Source: Candidatus Doudnabacteria bacterium RIFCSPHIGHO2_01_FULL_46_24 (GTDB lineage Bacteria > Patescibacteriota > Doudnabacteria > UBA920 > O2-02-FULL-48-8). Taken from it: DNA of 64,000 nt. The position numbers and the translations under genes were made by a program. Position 1 is the first letter of the stretch. Every line of letters starts with the position of its first letter. The notes under the pieces are model-generated. The model had not been told where the DNA came from, did no database searches, and saw only the letters and a program-made list of their open reading frames with translations. This document shows positions 52,313 through 61,423 of the stretch, piece by piece. Location: the NCBI GenBank assembly GCA_001777575.1, contig MFEL01000018.1:72264-136263 (forward strand), given 5' to 3'.

Positions 52313-53194
52313 ATGAAGCGATTCACGTCGTTCCTCGTCGTCCTGGCCGTGCTGTGCATGGCCAACCTCGCGTTCGCGCAGGCCAACCCGGCAGGGCTGC
52401 CGACCGGTCCCTCGACCGGCGGCGTGAACCCCGCGCAGACGCCGCCCACCGCGACCTCGCCGGACGCCGTGCGCCAGGCCATGGCTGACAAGGCCAAGGC
52501 CGACGCGACCGAGAAGGCGACCAAGGACAAGGCGGCCATCGATGCGCGTCTCTCGATCGCAACGGCGCAGGCCGAGGCGGACAAGGCTGCGGTCGATTCG
52601 CGACTCGCGGTTCTCAACGCGCAGATTGACGGGCAGCTCAGCACGAACGCCCCGATCAATGTGGCCGGCGTGAACCTCACGACGACCATGACAGCGGCCG
52701 TCCCGAGCGAGAGCGACCCGCTGTTCCGGTCGTTCCTCCGCGGCATGGCCGAGGAGTACGGGGTCAACTACAACGACCTCGTTAAACTCCTGCAGTCCCG
52801 GAAGGCCGGCACGTCGAAGCAGGCCGTTGAGACGCTCTTCGCCGCGCGGGAGAAGAGCTTCAGCGACCGCATCGAGCAGCGGCTCGCCGAGCTCGCGACC
52901 AAGGCCGAGGTCAATACCCTCGGCTCGCGCATCAACGGCGCGGCAACGGAAGCCGCAACGGCCATCGCCGCGGCGGACACAGCTTCCAACGACGCCGCAT
53001 TCGCCCTCGAGGGTGTCGGCGTCATCACCAACGCCCTCAACCGGGCGACGGTGACGGAGCGGAGACCGACGCCGGTGCTGTCGATTTTCGGCCACAGTAA
53101 GGCTGTGGAGCGGCCGTTGTTCGAGGATCCCCTCGTCATCGACCGCGTCGTCGCGCGAATCGCCGCGCTCAGGAAGACGGGCGTCATCAAGTAG
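52313..53194 (+). CDS. Secreted Ala/Thr-rich coiled-coil protein
   Basis: Signal peptide ending AFA-Q, AGGAG SD and strongly GC3-biased codons. Confidence 0.8.
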   Translation: MKRFTSFLVVLAVLCMANLAFAQANPAGLPTGPSTGGVNPAQTPPTATSPDAVRQAMADKAKADATEKATKDKAAIDARLSIATAQAEADKAAVDSRLAVLNAQIDGQLSTNAPINVAGVNLTTTMTAAVPSESDPLFRSFLRGMAEEYGVNYNDLVKLLQSRKAGTSKQAVETLFAAREKSFSDRIEQRLAELATKAEVNTLGSRINGAATEAATAIAAADTASNDAAFALEGVGVITNALNRATVTERRPTPVLSIFGHSKAVERPLFEDPLVIDRVVARIAALRKTGVIK

Positions 53195-53243
53195 TAGGCC
53201 TAATCGCGGACTCTATATCCGCGAACAGGTCTCGAAGTGTGAC

Positions 53244-53280
53244 AGAAGGCAATCCCACAGTGGATTGCCTTCTTCTTTTT
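53244..53280 (+). terminator. Rho-independent terminator
   Basis: AGAAGGCAATCC-6-GGATTGCCTTCT followed by a T run. Confidence 0.8.
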
Positions 53281-53291
53281 GTGCGCGGAAA

Positions 53292-53495
53292 TTAATGCTT
53301 AAATTTCCGGCAGGTGTTTATGAGAACTTCATAAACCCCTTCACGATTTTCGAGTAAATCATTATTCCAAAACCTAAATTCTGTTATTTTATAAGCACTC
53401 AAAATGCTCCAAAGAATTCGCTCGCAATCAGTTTGGGTTTTCCTTAACTGCCGACGGCGGTCCTTGAAATTGGCTTTGTTATATACTACTCCCAT
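53292..53495 (-). pseudogene. DUF559/Vsr-like endonuclease remnant with internal deletion
   Basis: N-terminus (RRRQLRKTQTDCERILW) joined directly to the C-terminus (RFWNNDL..N.EGV); the central RRQ..DF..ELDG core is missing. Confidence 0.7.
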
Positions 53496-53565
53496 TTATT
53501 TGCTTTAAACACAACTCCCCCGCTAGGGTTTTGGCTTTAGTGCCTAAGGCATTGCGGCGGAGTTC

Positions 53566-54771
53566 TTACTTTATTTGATTCTCTTCCACCTTCAAGACCT
53601 GCGCATCCTCGGCCAATTTCGGCAAGTGATGTTCTTCCGTGGAGGTGATGAAGATCTGGTGCCCGCTTAAATTTTCCAAAAGCTTGGCCCGCCGGGTTTC
53701 ATCCAATTCCGAGAAAACATCGTCAAGTAAAATGATCGGCGGCTTTCGGTGCTGGTCCAAAAACCTGGCTTCCAGAAGTTTCAGGGCCAGGACTTGCGCG
53801 CGCAATTCGCCCTGCGAAGAATTATTGAGGTTATGCTCACCGTCTTTTTTGAACATGAAATCTTCGCGGTGCGGACCCGCAAGGTTTTGCCCCAGCCGAA
53901 TTTCCTGCGGGCGCAATTTTCTTAACTGCCCCAAAAACTCTTCCTTACTCGGGGCTGCAGGCGCATACTCGATCTCAAACTTATTCTCAAACCCGGTCAG
54001 GTTCTTAAGAATTCCAGGCAGGCCCTGCTTAAGAAACTCCGCCAGAACGGATCTGGCCGCGTCAATCTTCACTGATATCTCAGCCAGTTGCTCGTCCCAC
54101 AGTCCCAGTTCGCTCTCTTGAGCGCGGCGCTCGAACAATTGCTCCAAAAGCGCTTTGCGCTGTTTGAGCACGTAATCCAAAGACACCAAGTCAGCCGCGT
54201 ACTCGCTGAAGGTTTGGGCCAGGGTTTCGTCCAGGAATCTTCTTCTGAGGCTGGGCCCGAGGCTGAATAAGTTTAAGTCCGGCGGAATAAACAGCACCGC
54301 GGCAAACGAGCGCCAGAGCTGGCGGGAAACTTTCTGCCCGTTAATTTTGAACGCGCGCCTAAGGACGGGCTTGGTTTGGACTATGGCTTCAAGTTCCAGG
54401 CCATCCCGGACTTGACGTGTCCCAGACCCCGATCCGGGATCCGGGATCCTATCATGACCCCTGTCAAGATCCCCGATTTCTCCCCAAGTCCTCGCCTCGG
54501 GGATGGACATAAAGGGAGAGCCTGTTCCTTGCGTCGGGGGTGGGGCGCTGTGCATGCGGGCTCCAACCCTAAAAAAATCCTCTCCTTTTTTGACCAATAC
54601 CTGGTCCGCCGCGCGAAAGGATCTAAGCGCGGAAAGATAATAAATGCTTTCCAGAAAATTGGTTTTACCCGAAGCGTTCTCCCCCAAAATCAAAACGAGA
54701 TCGGAGTTTATCGCGACCTCAGCTTTTGAGTAATTTCTAAAATTATCTAAGGTAATTTGAGTTAATCGCAT
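53566..54771 (-). CDS. recF: DNA replication and repair protein RecF
   Basis: NFRNY, GENASGKTN, GPHRED, SQGE and LLDDVFSELD; insertion of about 50 aa. Confidence 0.93.
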   Translation of the reverse strand: MRLTQITLDNFRNYSKAEVAINSDLVLILGENASGKTNFLESIYYLSALRSFRAADQVLVKKGEDFFRVGARMHSAPPPTQGTGSPFMSIPEARTWGEIGDLDRGHDRIPDPGSGSGTRQVRDGLELEAIVQTKPVLRRAFKINGQKVSRQLWRSFAAVLFIPPDLNLFSLGPSLRRRFLDETLAQTFSEYAADLVSLDYVLKQRKALLEQLFERRAQESELGLWDEQLAEISVKIDAARSVLAEFLKQGLPGILKNLTGFENKFEIEYAPAAPSKEEFLGQLRKLRPQEIRLGQNLAGPHREDFMFKKDGEHNLNNSSQGELRAQVLALKLLEARFLDQHRKPPIILLDDVFSELDETRRAKLLENLSGHQIFITSTEEHHLPKLAEDAQVLKVEENQIK

Positions 54772-54835
54772 AATATCCTAGTATCTTGATATCCCAATAT
54801 CGATATTAGGATACTGAGATATTTAGATATTGACT

Positions 54836-55930
54836 CTAGAGTTTAATCGGCATGACGATGTAGAGGTAATTGTCGCGGCCCTCGGGGACAATTTGAGCAG
54901 GCGACGCGTCATTGATCATCCGAAACACCACTTTCGGCTCAGCCAGATTGTTCAGGCAGTCAAGCATGTACCGGAAATTAAACGTTGCCGTATTTTTCTC
55001 GCCCGTAACCTTAGCTGAAACCTTGGTCACGTTTTCACCGGCTTGCGCGGAAGAGGCATTAACCGTTACCCCGTCTTTATCCACGCTGATTTGGACATTG
55101 TTCGATTCTGGCGCAAATAAACTGGCGGCCTTAAGCGCATGTGTCAAATCATCTTTGGACAACCCCGCCTCGGTCTTAAACTCTTTGGGGATGATTTGGC
55201 GGTAATCCGGATAATTTCCGTCAATCAGGCGCGAGATTATTTCGGTTTCGTCGAATTTGAACAGAACTTGGGTTTCTGAAAAATAAATCTCAACCATGCC
55301 CTTGCTGCTGCCGAGGATTTTGTAAAGCTCCATGACAGTGCGGGACGGCACAATGGCTTCGCGGGAAGCGCTGACTGGTTGGTCCAAAACCACCATTCTT
55401 TCAGCCAACCGGTAGCGGTCAGTGGCGGCAAGCCTAAGTTTACCCTCTTCGAACGCCATAAAAATTCCGGAAATTTCCGGCTGGGTTTCGTTTTGAGAGG
55501 AGGCCCAGACGGTTTCAGAAAGCGCTTTCCTCAACTCTTCGCTGTCGATTTTGGTGTAAGCTTCATCTAAAACTTGGGGGATAAGCGGGAAGTCTTCGGA
55601 CGAAAGCCCGCGAATATTGGTATGGTAATTCTCCGATTCCAGGCTTAGGGTGGTGTCTTTAACACTCATAGTCACCTTGTCCGTTGGCAGGTTAGTGATA
55701 TATTCATTTATCAGCCGCGCTGGAACCGTCAGCGCCCCCTCCTCCTCCACCTTGCCGCCGATCCACGTGTTGACCCCAATTTCTAAATTAGTAGAGGAAA
55801 GTTTAAGCCGCCCTTGGTCGGTTTTGAGTAAAATATTATTAAGTACGGCCAGAGAGTTGCCGCTGCCCACCACCCGGCTGACCGCAAACAGACCTTTTTT
55901 TAAGTTATCCTTAGTGCATACTAACTTCAT
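54836..55930 (-). CDS. dnaN: DNA polymerase III beta clamp
   Basis: STNLEIG, ATDRYRL, RLIDGNYPDY and YIVMPIK. Confidence 0.97.
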   Translation of the reverse strand: MKLVCTKDNLKKGLFAVSRVVGSGNSLAVLNNILLKTDQGRLKLSSTNLEIGVNTWIGGKVEEEGALTVPARLINEYITNLPTDKVTMSVKDTTLSLESENYHTNIRGLSSEDFPLIPQVLDEAYTKIDSEELRKALSETVWASSQNETQPEISGIFMAFEEGKLRLAATDRYRLAERMVVLDQPVSASREAIVPSRTVMELYKILGSSKGMVEIYFSETQVLFKFDETEIISRLIDGNYPDYRQIIPKEFKTEAGLSKDDLTHALKAASLFAPESNNVQISVDKDGVTVNASSAQAGENVTKVSAKVTGEKNTATFNFRYMLDCLNNLAEPKVVFRMINDASPAQIVPEGRDNYLYIVMPIKL

Positions 55931-56108
55931 AAATTTATAAAATGATAATGATAATAGAAACTGTTAATTTGTGTATTTGTTAAAATTATCTATTGACGAA
56001 TTGCGAATTAACGAATTAATTATTTGAATTACTGTTTTTATTTTGGGTGTAAGTTGGGTATAAAAAACCGAAATCCGAAACCCGAAATTTTTAATTCACA
56101 ATTTATCC
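55931..56108. other. AT-rich dnaA-dnaN spacer, possible oriC component
   Basis: Position and AT richness; only degenerate DnaA-box-like 9-mers are visible. Confidence 0.35.
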
Positions 56109-57443
56109 CTATGGCATATACAACCTATCCTTAATCAAATCAATCTCCTGTTTGAGGCTGTTGCGCTCTTTCATGTGCCGCTCGATCTTGTCGACGGCGT
56201 GGATGACTGTGGTGTGATCGCGGCCGCCAAAGAATTCGCCGATGGACGGCAGGGACGTTTCCAATTCGCGGCGGATGATGAACATGGCGATTTGTCTTGG
56301 ATTGACGTACTCCTTCTTTCTTGACTGTTTGAGCAGGTCTTCCACGGAAACATTGTAGAAATCCGCCACCACCTCAATGATTTTTTTGGCGGAAATCCCG
56401 CGTTTTTTGGGTGGGGTGATGACGTTAACTAGGATACTTTTGACCTGTTCGATGGTCGGGTTGGTGTTGTTGAGTTGGCAGTAAACCATGAGCCGGTTTA
56501 AGGCCCCCTCCAGTTCGCGGATGTTGCTCTGGATGGTTTCCGCGATGTAAGTTAGGATTTCCGGCTCAATGTTATAATTTTTTTCCCGGGCTTTGGTTCT
56601 TAAAATTGCCAAGCGGGTTTCCAGATCCGGCGCTTGGATATCCGCCACCATCCCCCATTCAAATCGGGACACCAGCCGCTCTTCAATGGCTGGAATTTCC
56701 TTCGGCAGCCGATCCGAAGTCATGACCACCTGCTTGTTGTTTTGGTGCAGCGCGTTGAAAGTGTGAAAAAATTCTTCTTGTGTGCCTTCGCGGCCGGCCA
56801 GAAACTGGATATCATCCACCAACAACACATCGACGTTGCGGTAAAGGGATTTGAAAGTGTTGGTTTTGCCTGCAGAAACGGCAGTCACGAATTCATTGGT
56901 GAATCTTTCCGAGGTTACGTATAAAACCTTGGCTTCCGGGGTTTTTTTAAGCACCTCTGCCCCGACAGCTTGCATTAAATGGGTTTTGCCCAACCCCACG
57001 CCCCCATAGATGAACAGCGGGTTGTAGATTTGCCCGGGCTTTTTGCTGACTGCCTGGGAGGCGGCGTGCGCCAATTGGTTGTTGGAGCCGACGACAAAAC
57101 TGGTAAAGGTGTATTTGGGGTTGAGGTTTTGGTTTTCCGCTCGTTTGGCAGATTGGGGCCTGACCACCTCTTTGGTTGCGGGCAGCGGCATGGCTGAGGG
57201 GCTGACAATCTGATACTTAACCTCTTTGATTTCCGGAGAAATGGTTTTGAGCGCTTTCAGGATCTCTTGGTGATACTTGTTCTGCAGCCACTCTTTGGAA
57301 AATGCGCTCGGCACGCCAACCGCAATTCCGATTTCACTCTTTTCAATAATTGAGGTGTGCTTAAACCATGTGGTGAAATTAGCTTTGCTTAAAGTTAACT
57401 CCAAATTTCCCAGTATTGCCTGCCAAAGTTGCTGATTAGTCAT
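56109..57443 (-). CDS. dnaA: Chromosomal replication initiator
   Basis: YNPLFIYGGVGLGKTHL, DDIQF, NIRELEGAL and GGRDHTTV. Confidence 0.99.
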   Translation of the reverse strand: MTNQQLWQAILGNLELTLSKANFTTWFKHTSIIEKSEIGIAVGVPSAFSKEWLQNKYHQEILKALKTISPEIKEVKYQIVSPSAMPLPATKEVVRPQSAKRAENQNLNPKYTFTSFVVGSNNQLAHAASQAVSKKPGQIYNPLFIYGGVGLGKTHLMQAVGAEVLKKTPEAKVLYVTSERFTNEFVTAVSAGKTNTFKSLYRNVDVLLVDDIQFLAGREGTQEEFFHTFNALHQNNKQVVMTSDRLPKEIPAIEERLVSRFEWGMVADIQAPDLETRLAILRTKAREKNYNIEPEILTYIAETIQSNIRELEGALNRLMVYCQLNNTNPTIEQVKSILVNVITPPKKRGISAKKIIEVVADFYNVSVEDLLKQSRKKEYVNPRQIAMFIIRRELETSLPSIGEFFGGRDHTTVIHAVDKIERHMKERNSLKQEIDLIKDRLYMP

Positions 57444-57621
57444 AAGTTAGGTCAACCGTCATTTTAGCAGATTAGTTATCAACATGTAAATCCTGAAATT
57501 TTGGCTAATCTTAGCCTAAATTATTTTAGAGTGTTAATAAAGTGTGGAATGCTGGTTGAAAGCTTGTGTGAGCGGCAGCCTAGGTGACAAAAACGAGAAA
57601 ATTTAGTATAATCATCTGGCT

Positions 57622-57756
57622 ATGCAACCGACATATAGGCCGAAAAAATTGAGAAGAAAGCGTGTGCATGGGTTCCGAGCTCGCATGAAAAGCCGAGCCG
57701 GCCGCTTGGTTTTGTCGCGCCGACGCGCCAAGGGCCGGAAGCGGCTGACAGTTTGA
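57622..57756 (+). CDS. rpmH: 50S ribosomal protein L34
   Basis: Below the ORF-track cutoff: [44 protein letters not shown]. Confidence 0.96.
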   Translation: MQPTYRPKKLRRKRVHGFRARMKSRAGRLVLSRRRAKGRKRLTV

Positions 57757-58085
57757 TGAAGCCAATATTTCTTACAAGTAAAGCGGATTTCGAGAAATTC
57801 CGCACCAGCAAAGCGTTTTACAGCGAAGGCATGAAACTGCGGGTGGCTTGGTCGAACCAAAACTTTCCTCGTTTTGGTTTTATTATTCCAAAAAAAGTCC
57901 TGCCTAAAGTTTCCGACCGCAATAAGCTCAAGCGCCGCTTGCGCGCGATCATCCGCGCAAATTTGAGCCGGGTTGCCAGCAAAGACCTGCTCATTTTCCC
58001 GAAATCGGGCGCCATCAGAAAAACTTACAAGCAGTTAAATGCTGAATTTATTTCCCTTTTAACCCAAGCGAGATTATGGAAATGA
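57756..58085 (+). CDS. rnpA: Ribonuclease P protein component
   Basis: RFGFIIPKK..RNKLKRRLR; follows rpmH with a TGATG overlap. Confidence 0.9.
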   Translation: MKPIFLTSKADFEKFRTSKAFYSEGMKLRVAWSNQNFPRFGFIIPKKVLPKVSDRNKLKRRLRAIIRANLSRVASKDLLIFPKSGAIRKTYKQLNAEFISLLTQARLWK

Positions 58086-58339
58086 ACACGGTTCAAGTAT
58101 TGAATAAAACACTGGCCCTGCCTATGGTTGGGGTGATTTATCTTTACCAAAAAACCCTCTCGCCTGATCATGGAATTTTTCGAAGCCGCTACCCCTATGG
58201 TTTTTGCAAGCATTACCCCAGCTGCTCCATGTATGCCAAACAGATTTTTATTAAGCGGGGCGTGCTGGGTTTGCCTCGCGTAATGCGCCGAATTATCTCG
58301 TGCAACCCCTGGAGCTTGGGAGGAATTGATTTGCCATGA
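58076..58339 (+). CDS. yidD: Membrane protein insertion efficiency factor
   Basis: YQKTLSP, CKHYPSCS.Y and RIISCNPWSLGG.D. Confidence 0.9.
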   Translation: MEMNTVQVLNKTLALPMVGVIYLYQKTLSPDHGIFRSRYPYGFCKHYPSCSMYAKQIFIKRGVLGLPRVMRRIISCNPWSLGGIDLP

Positions 58340-59040
58340 TCAGTCAGATTTTTAATCAAGCTTTGGTTTATCCCCTGCTGAACCTGCTGGTGTTTTTTTA
58401 TAATTATATTCCGGACATCGGCGCGGTAATTATTATTTTGACCGTGATTGTCCGGCTGATTTTGTATCCGTCCTTCCACCGCTCACTTAAGCACCAGCGC
58501 GCGCTTTCCGCCCTGCAGCCCAAGATGAATGAGATCAAGGAGAAATACAAGGACAATAAAGAACAGCAGGCCAAGGCCATGATGGAACTGTACAGTGCCC
58601 ACAAAGTCAACCCGTTAAGCTCCTGTCTGCCGCTTTTGGTCCAACTGCCCATTTTGATTGCGCTTTATCAGGTGTTTATTCAAAGCCTCAACGGCGCTGG
58701 CTTGCAGGGCATTTACAATTTTATCCCAACGCCCGATAAGATTGATCCCATGTTTCTCAATTTTATTAACCTTAAGGACCGCAATGTCTGGATGCCGGCC
58801 ATTGCCGCCATCCTTCAGTACTTCCAAAGCAAGCTGACCCTGCCCAAGGCTTCCGGCGGAGACACCATGAGCAAAATGATGGCCATGCAAACCTTGTATA
58901 TGTTTCCAGTTTTGACTTTCTTCATCGGCTTGCAGTTCCCGGCCGGCCTTACGCTGTATTGGATAGTCACCACTCTTTTTGGCATCGGCCAGCAGTATTA
59001 CATTTTGCGTAAAGAAGCCAAGGAGGCATTGACATCATGA
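58336..59040 (+). CDS. yidC: YidC/Oxa1 membrane insertase
   Basis: LQPKMNEIKEKY, NPLSSCLPLLVQLPI and PAGLTLYW. Confidence 0.93.
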   Translation: MISQIFNQALVYPLLNLLVFFYNYIPDIGAVIIILTVIVRLILYPSFHRSLKHQRALSALQPKMNEIKEKYKDNKEQQAKAMMELYSAHKVNPLSSCLPLLVQLPILIALYQVFIQSLNGAGLQGIYNFIPTPDKIDPMFLNFINLKDRNVWMPAIAAILQYFQSKLTLPKASGGDTMSKMMAMQTLYMFPVLTFFIGLQFPAGLTLYWIVTTLFGIGQQYYILRKEAKEALTS

Positions 59041-59537
59041 ATGAGAAAGAGTTGATAAAACAACAGCTCCTGGACCTGCTCAAACACATGGGGTTTGATG
59101 CGGACATCCTGGAGCGACAGGAAGAGGGGCGGATGGTGTTTAACATCAAAACGCAAGATGCTCAGCTTTTGATTGGCAAGCAGGGGGCCAATCTTGAGGC
59201 GCTGCAGTACATCATTCGCGCCTTCAGCCGCAAAAATCCGGAGTCCGAGCGGTTCCCGTTCGCACTGGATGTGGATGATTACAAAGACAAGCGCGTGATT
59301 TATCTGAAAGAACTGGCGCGCCGCGCTGCGCACCAAGCGCGCAGCAGCAAGCGCAGCGTCGGCCTGCCGCTGATGCCGGCCTTTGAGCGCAAAGTCGTGC
59401 ATGACTACCTTTCACTATTTGCCGATATTTCCTCTGAAAGCCAGGGAATGGAGCCCAACCGCCGCGTGGTCATCCGAAACAAAAAATCTACCCCCCAGCA
59501 ACCCTCAGACGACTTCGTGTTTATAGAAAATTCCTAA
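59037..59537 (+). CDS. jag: Jag/KhpB (EloR) KH + R3H RNA-binding protein
   Basis: LIGKQGANLEALQ, ERKVVH and S.G.EPNRRVVI; synteny after yidC. Confidence 0.88.
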   Translation: MNEKELIKQQLLDLLKHMGFDADILERQEEGRMVFNIKTQDAQLLIGKQGANLEALQYIIRAFSRKNPESERFPFALDVDDYKDKRVIYLKELARRAAHQARSSKRSVGLPLMPAFERKVVHDYLSLFADISSESQGMEPNRRVVIRNKKSTPQQPSDDFVFIENS

Positions 59538-59613
59538 ACCCGAGATTGACAAAATGATTGCTGGCGGTTAGCATTTAAATATACAAGGCGGCGGAAAGGC
59601 CGTTTTTGTATTT

Positions 59614-60024
59614 ATGAACAATAACTTCTCAAAGACAATCCAGCGCTTTGCTGATTGGGCCAAGCTGAAGCTTGGTATCCACTTAAATCGAAAGCCTTAT
59701 GCGATTTATTTCAAACCGCGCCAAATCTGGTGGGTAAACTTAGGACAAAATATTGGTAGTGAACAAAACGGCAAGCATAAAAATTTTGAACGGCCGGTTT
59801 TAATTCTTAAAAAATTTAATGCTGAAATATTTTTGGCAGTTCCACTGTCAAGCCAGGTTAAGTCCGGAGCTTTCAGGGTTGTGTTTCAGAAGGGCAATAA
59901 TAATTTCACGGCCAATCTTTCTCAAATTAGAGTTTTGAGCAGTAAACGCCTGCTTCGTCAGATTGGTAAAATGGACAAACAGGCATATGAAACGATTAAG
60001 CAGGTGTTCCACAAACTGGCGTGA
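59614..60024 (+). CDS. PemK/MazF family toxin, orphan
   Basis: IWWVNLGQNIGSEQNGK..FERPVLIL..VPLSS..SQIRVLSSKRL; own promoter TTGACA-17-TAGCAT at 59546-59574. Confidence 0.88.
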   Translation: MNNNFSKTIQRFADWAKLKLGIHLNRKPYAIYFKPRQIWWVNLGQNIGSEQNGKHKNFERPVLILKKFNAEIFLAVPLSSQVKSGAFRVVFQKGNNNFTANLSQIRVLSSKRLLRQIGKMDKQAYETIKQVFHKLA

Positions 60025-60029
60025 ATCTT

Positions 60030-60090
60030 AAATAATAAACGGCTCCCTATTTCTAGGGAGCCTCGGAACTCCTTGCGGAGTCAAAATGTA
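60030..60090 (-). ncRNA. Candidate small RNA convergent with the PemK toxin
   Basis: Minus-strand TTGACA-17-TAATGT (60096-60124), GCAA tetraloop hairpin (60068-60081), then a 9-bp hairpin (60041-60062) + T-rich tail. Confidence 0.4.
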
Positions 60091-60268
60091 TTTATACATT
60101 ATCAGCTATCTGAACTTTTGTCAATAGCGCTGCCATAAGAAAATTATTTGGACCTGTTCTTAAATAGTGGTTATAGAGTTCCCTTGTTAAAGCCTCAAAA
60201 GTTTTCCACCTGTCTCGACCACAGTACCAGAAGCTTCGCTTCGGTACGTGGCATGCTTGGTCGGGCAA

Positions 60269-61423
60269 TTAGTTTTTGATATAAAACAAAGAAATCATAA
60301 ACCAAAACAGGATCGAGAGATCGTTTTTGAAGTAAGGGACATCAACCAACCCATGAACAACTATCGTAACCAGGAACATGGCTGCGGCCAAGCGGAGGGG
60401 GGTTGGTTTTAGTTTGTGTTGCTTAAGGCAAACAAGGATCAGAAAGAAAAAACTTAAGAGCCCGAGCATGCCAAGTTCCAGCCAGAAGTTAAGGAAAATA
60501 TTGTGGGGGTAATTAAGAACTTCCTGCTTGAATTGCATGCTTTCCAGAGTATGGCGAAAGCCGGAGAGACCGTTGCCCAGGATCGGACTTTGCAGAACTG
60601 CCCGCGCGGAATATTTGTAGAGCTCAAGCCGCGCTGAAGCAGACGGGTCGGTTAATATTTGTTTTCCCGGATACAATAAGGCCGCGGCTGTGATGGCCAG
60701 TGCCAAAAACGGCACGACAATTTTCCAAGGGATTTTTTTTGCAGCCAAAATAGCCAAGACAACCAACACAGCTAGCCAAGCACCGCGGGAGAAGGTTAGA
60801 ATTAAGGCGATCAATCCCAGTCCCGTTGTCCAAAACAATAGCTTGCGGTTGATTAATGTGCTTTTGGAATAGATTAATGCAAGAAAAAAGGCAAGCAGAG
60901 GCCCAAGATATAAAGCCAAAGCATTTGGATATTCGAACACGCTGACAATTCTTTTGACGCCTTCCCCAAACCCCCAGAACCGCAGAGGCAAACCCAAAAG
61001 CGTGACGTACTGAATAAGCCCGAACAGACTAATGACTAATATCGATAACGATAACAGCGTCAGCGGCAGCTTGAGGTCGCTTTCTTTTCTAAGGATCAAC
61101 ACGCAGGCATAAAAAAACAACACAGGTTCGATAATAAAGGCTTTCAGCTGGCCCAGGGCCTTGATCGGCTCCGGTGAAATAATCGTGGAAATTATTCCCG
61201 CCAAAACAAAGGCTATTATGGCCAGGTTTGCCGGGCCGAGTTTTTTTAGTTCCGCAACCAGGCTCCGCGGGTGAGTGAAAAAAACAGCCAACAAAAAAAT
61301 CGCCAAAATAATTTCCAGCAGAGTGGTGGGCAAGCCAAAAATTGTAAACCGAACCAGGTATGTCGGCAGCAGGGCCAAGACCAGCCCCAATAACCACCTA
61401 TTGATTTGCGTTAGCCGTGACAT
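60269..61423 (-). CDS. O-antigen ligase family protein
   Basis: Multi-TM; PNALA, LTFSRGAW and YPHNIFLNFWLELG. Confidence 0.9.
   Translation of the reverse strand: MSRLTQINRWLLGLVLALLPTYLVRFTIFGLPTTLLEIILAIFLLAVFFTHPRSLVAELKKLGPANLAIIAFVLAGIISTIISPEPIKALGQLKAFIIEPVLFFYACVLILRKESDLKLPLTLLSLSILVISLFGLIQYVTLLGLPLRFWGFGEGVKRIVSVFEYPNALALYLGPLLAFFLALIYSKSTLINRKLLFWTTGLGLIALILTFSRGAWLAVLVVLAILAAKKIPWKIVVPFLALAITAAALLYPGKQILTDPSASARLELYKYSARAVLQSPILGNGLSGFRHTLESMQFKQEVLNYPHNIFLNFWLELGMLGLLSFFFLILVCLKQHKLKPTPLRLAAAMFLVTIVVHGLVDVPYFKNDLSILFWFMISLFYIKN

Noticed and set aside
51940-53190. Long minus-strand ORFs over the GC-rich gene
   Set aside because: Antisense shadows caused by high GC3; the plus-strand ORF has the SD, signal peptide and terminator.
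54400-54555. RecF/UvrB insertions as inteins or introns
   Set aside because: Too short, with no intein C/S...HN termini, and in frame without stops.
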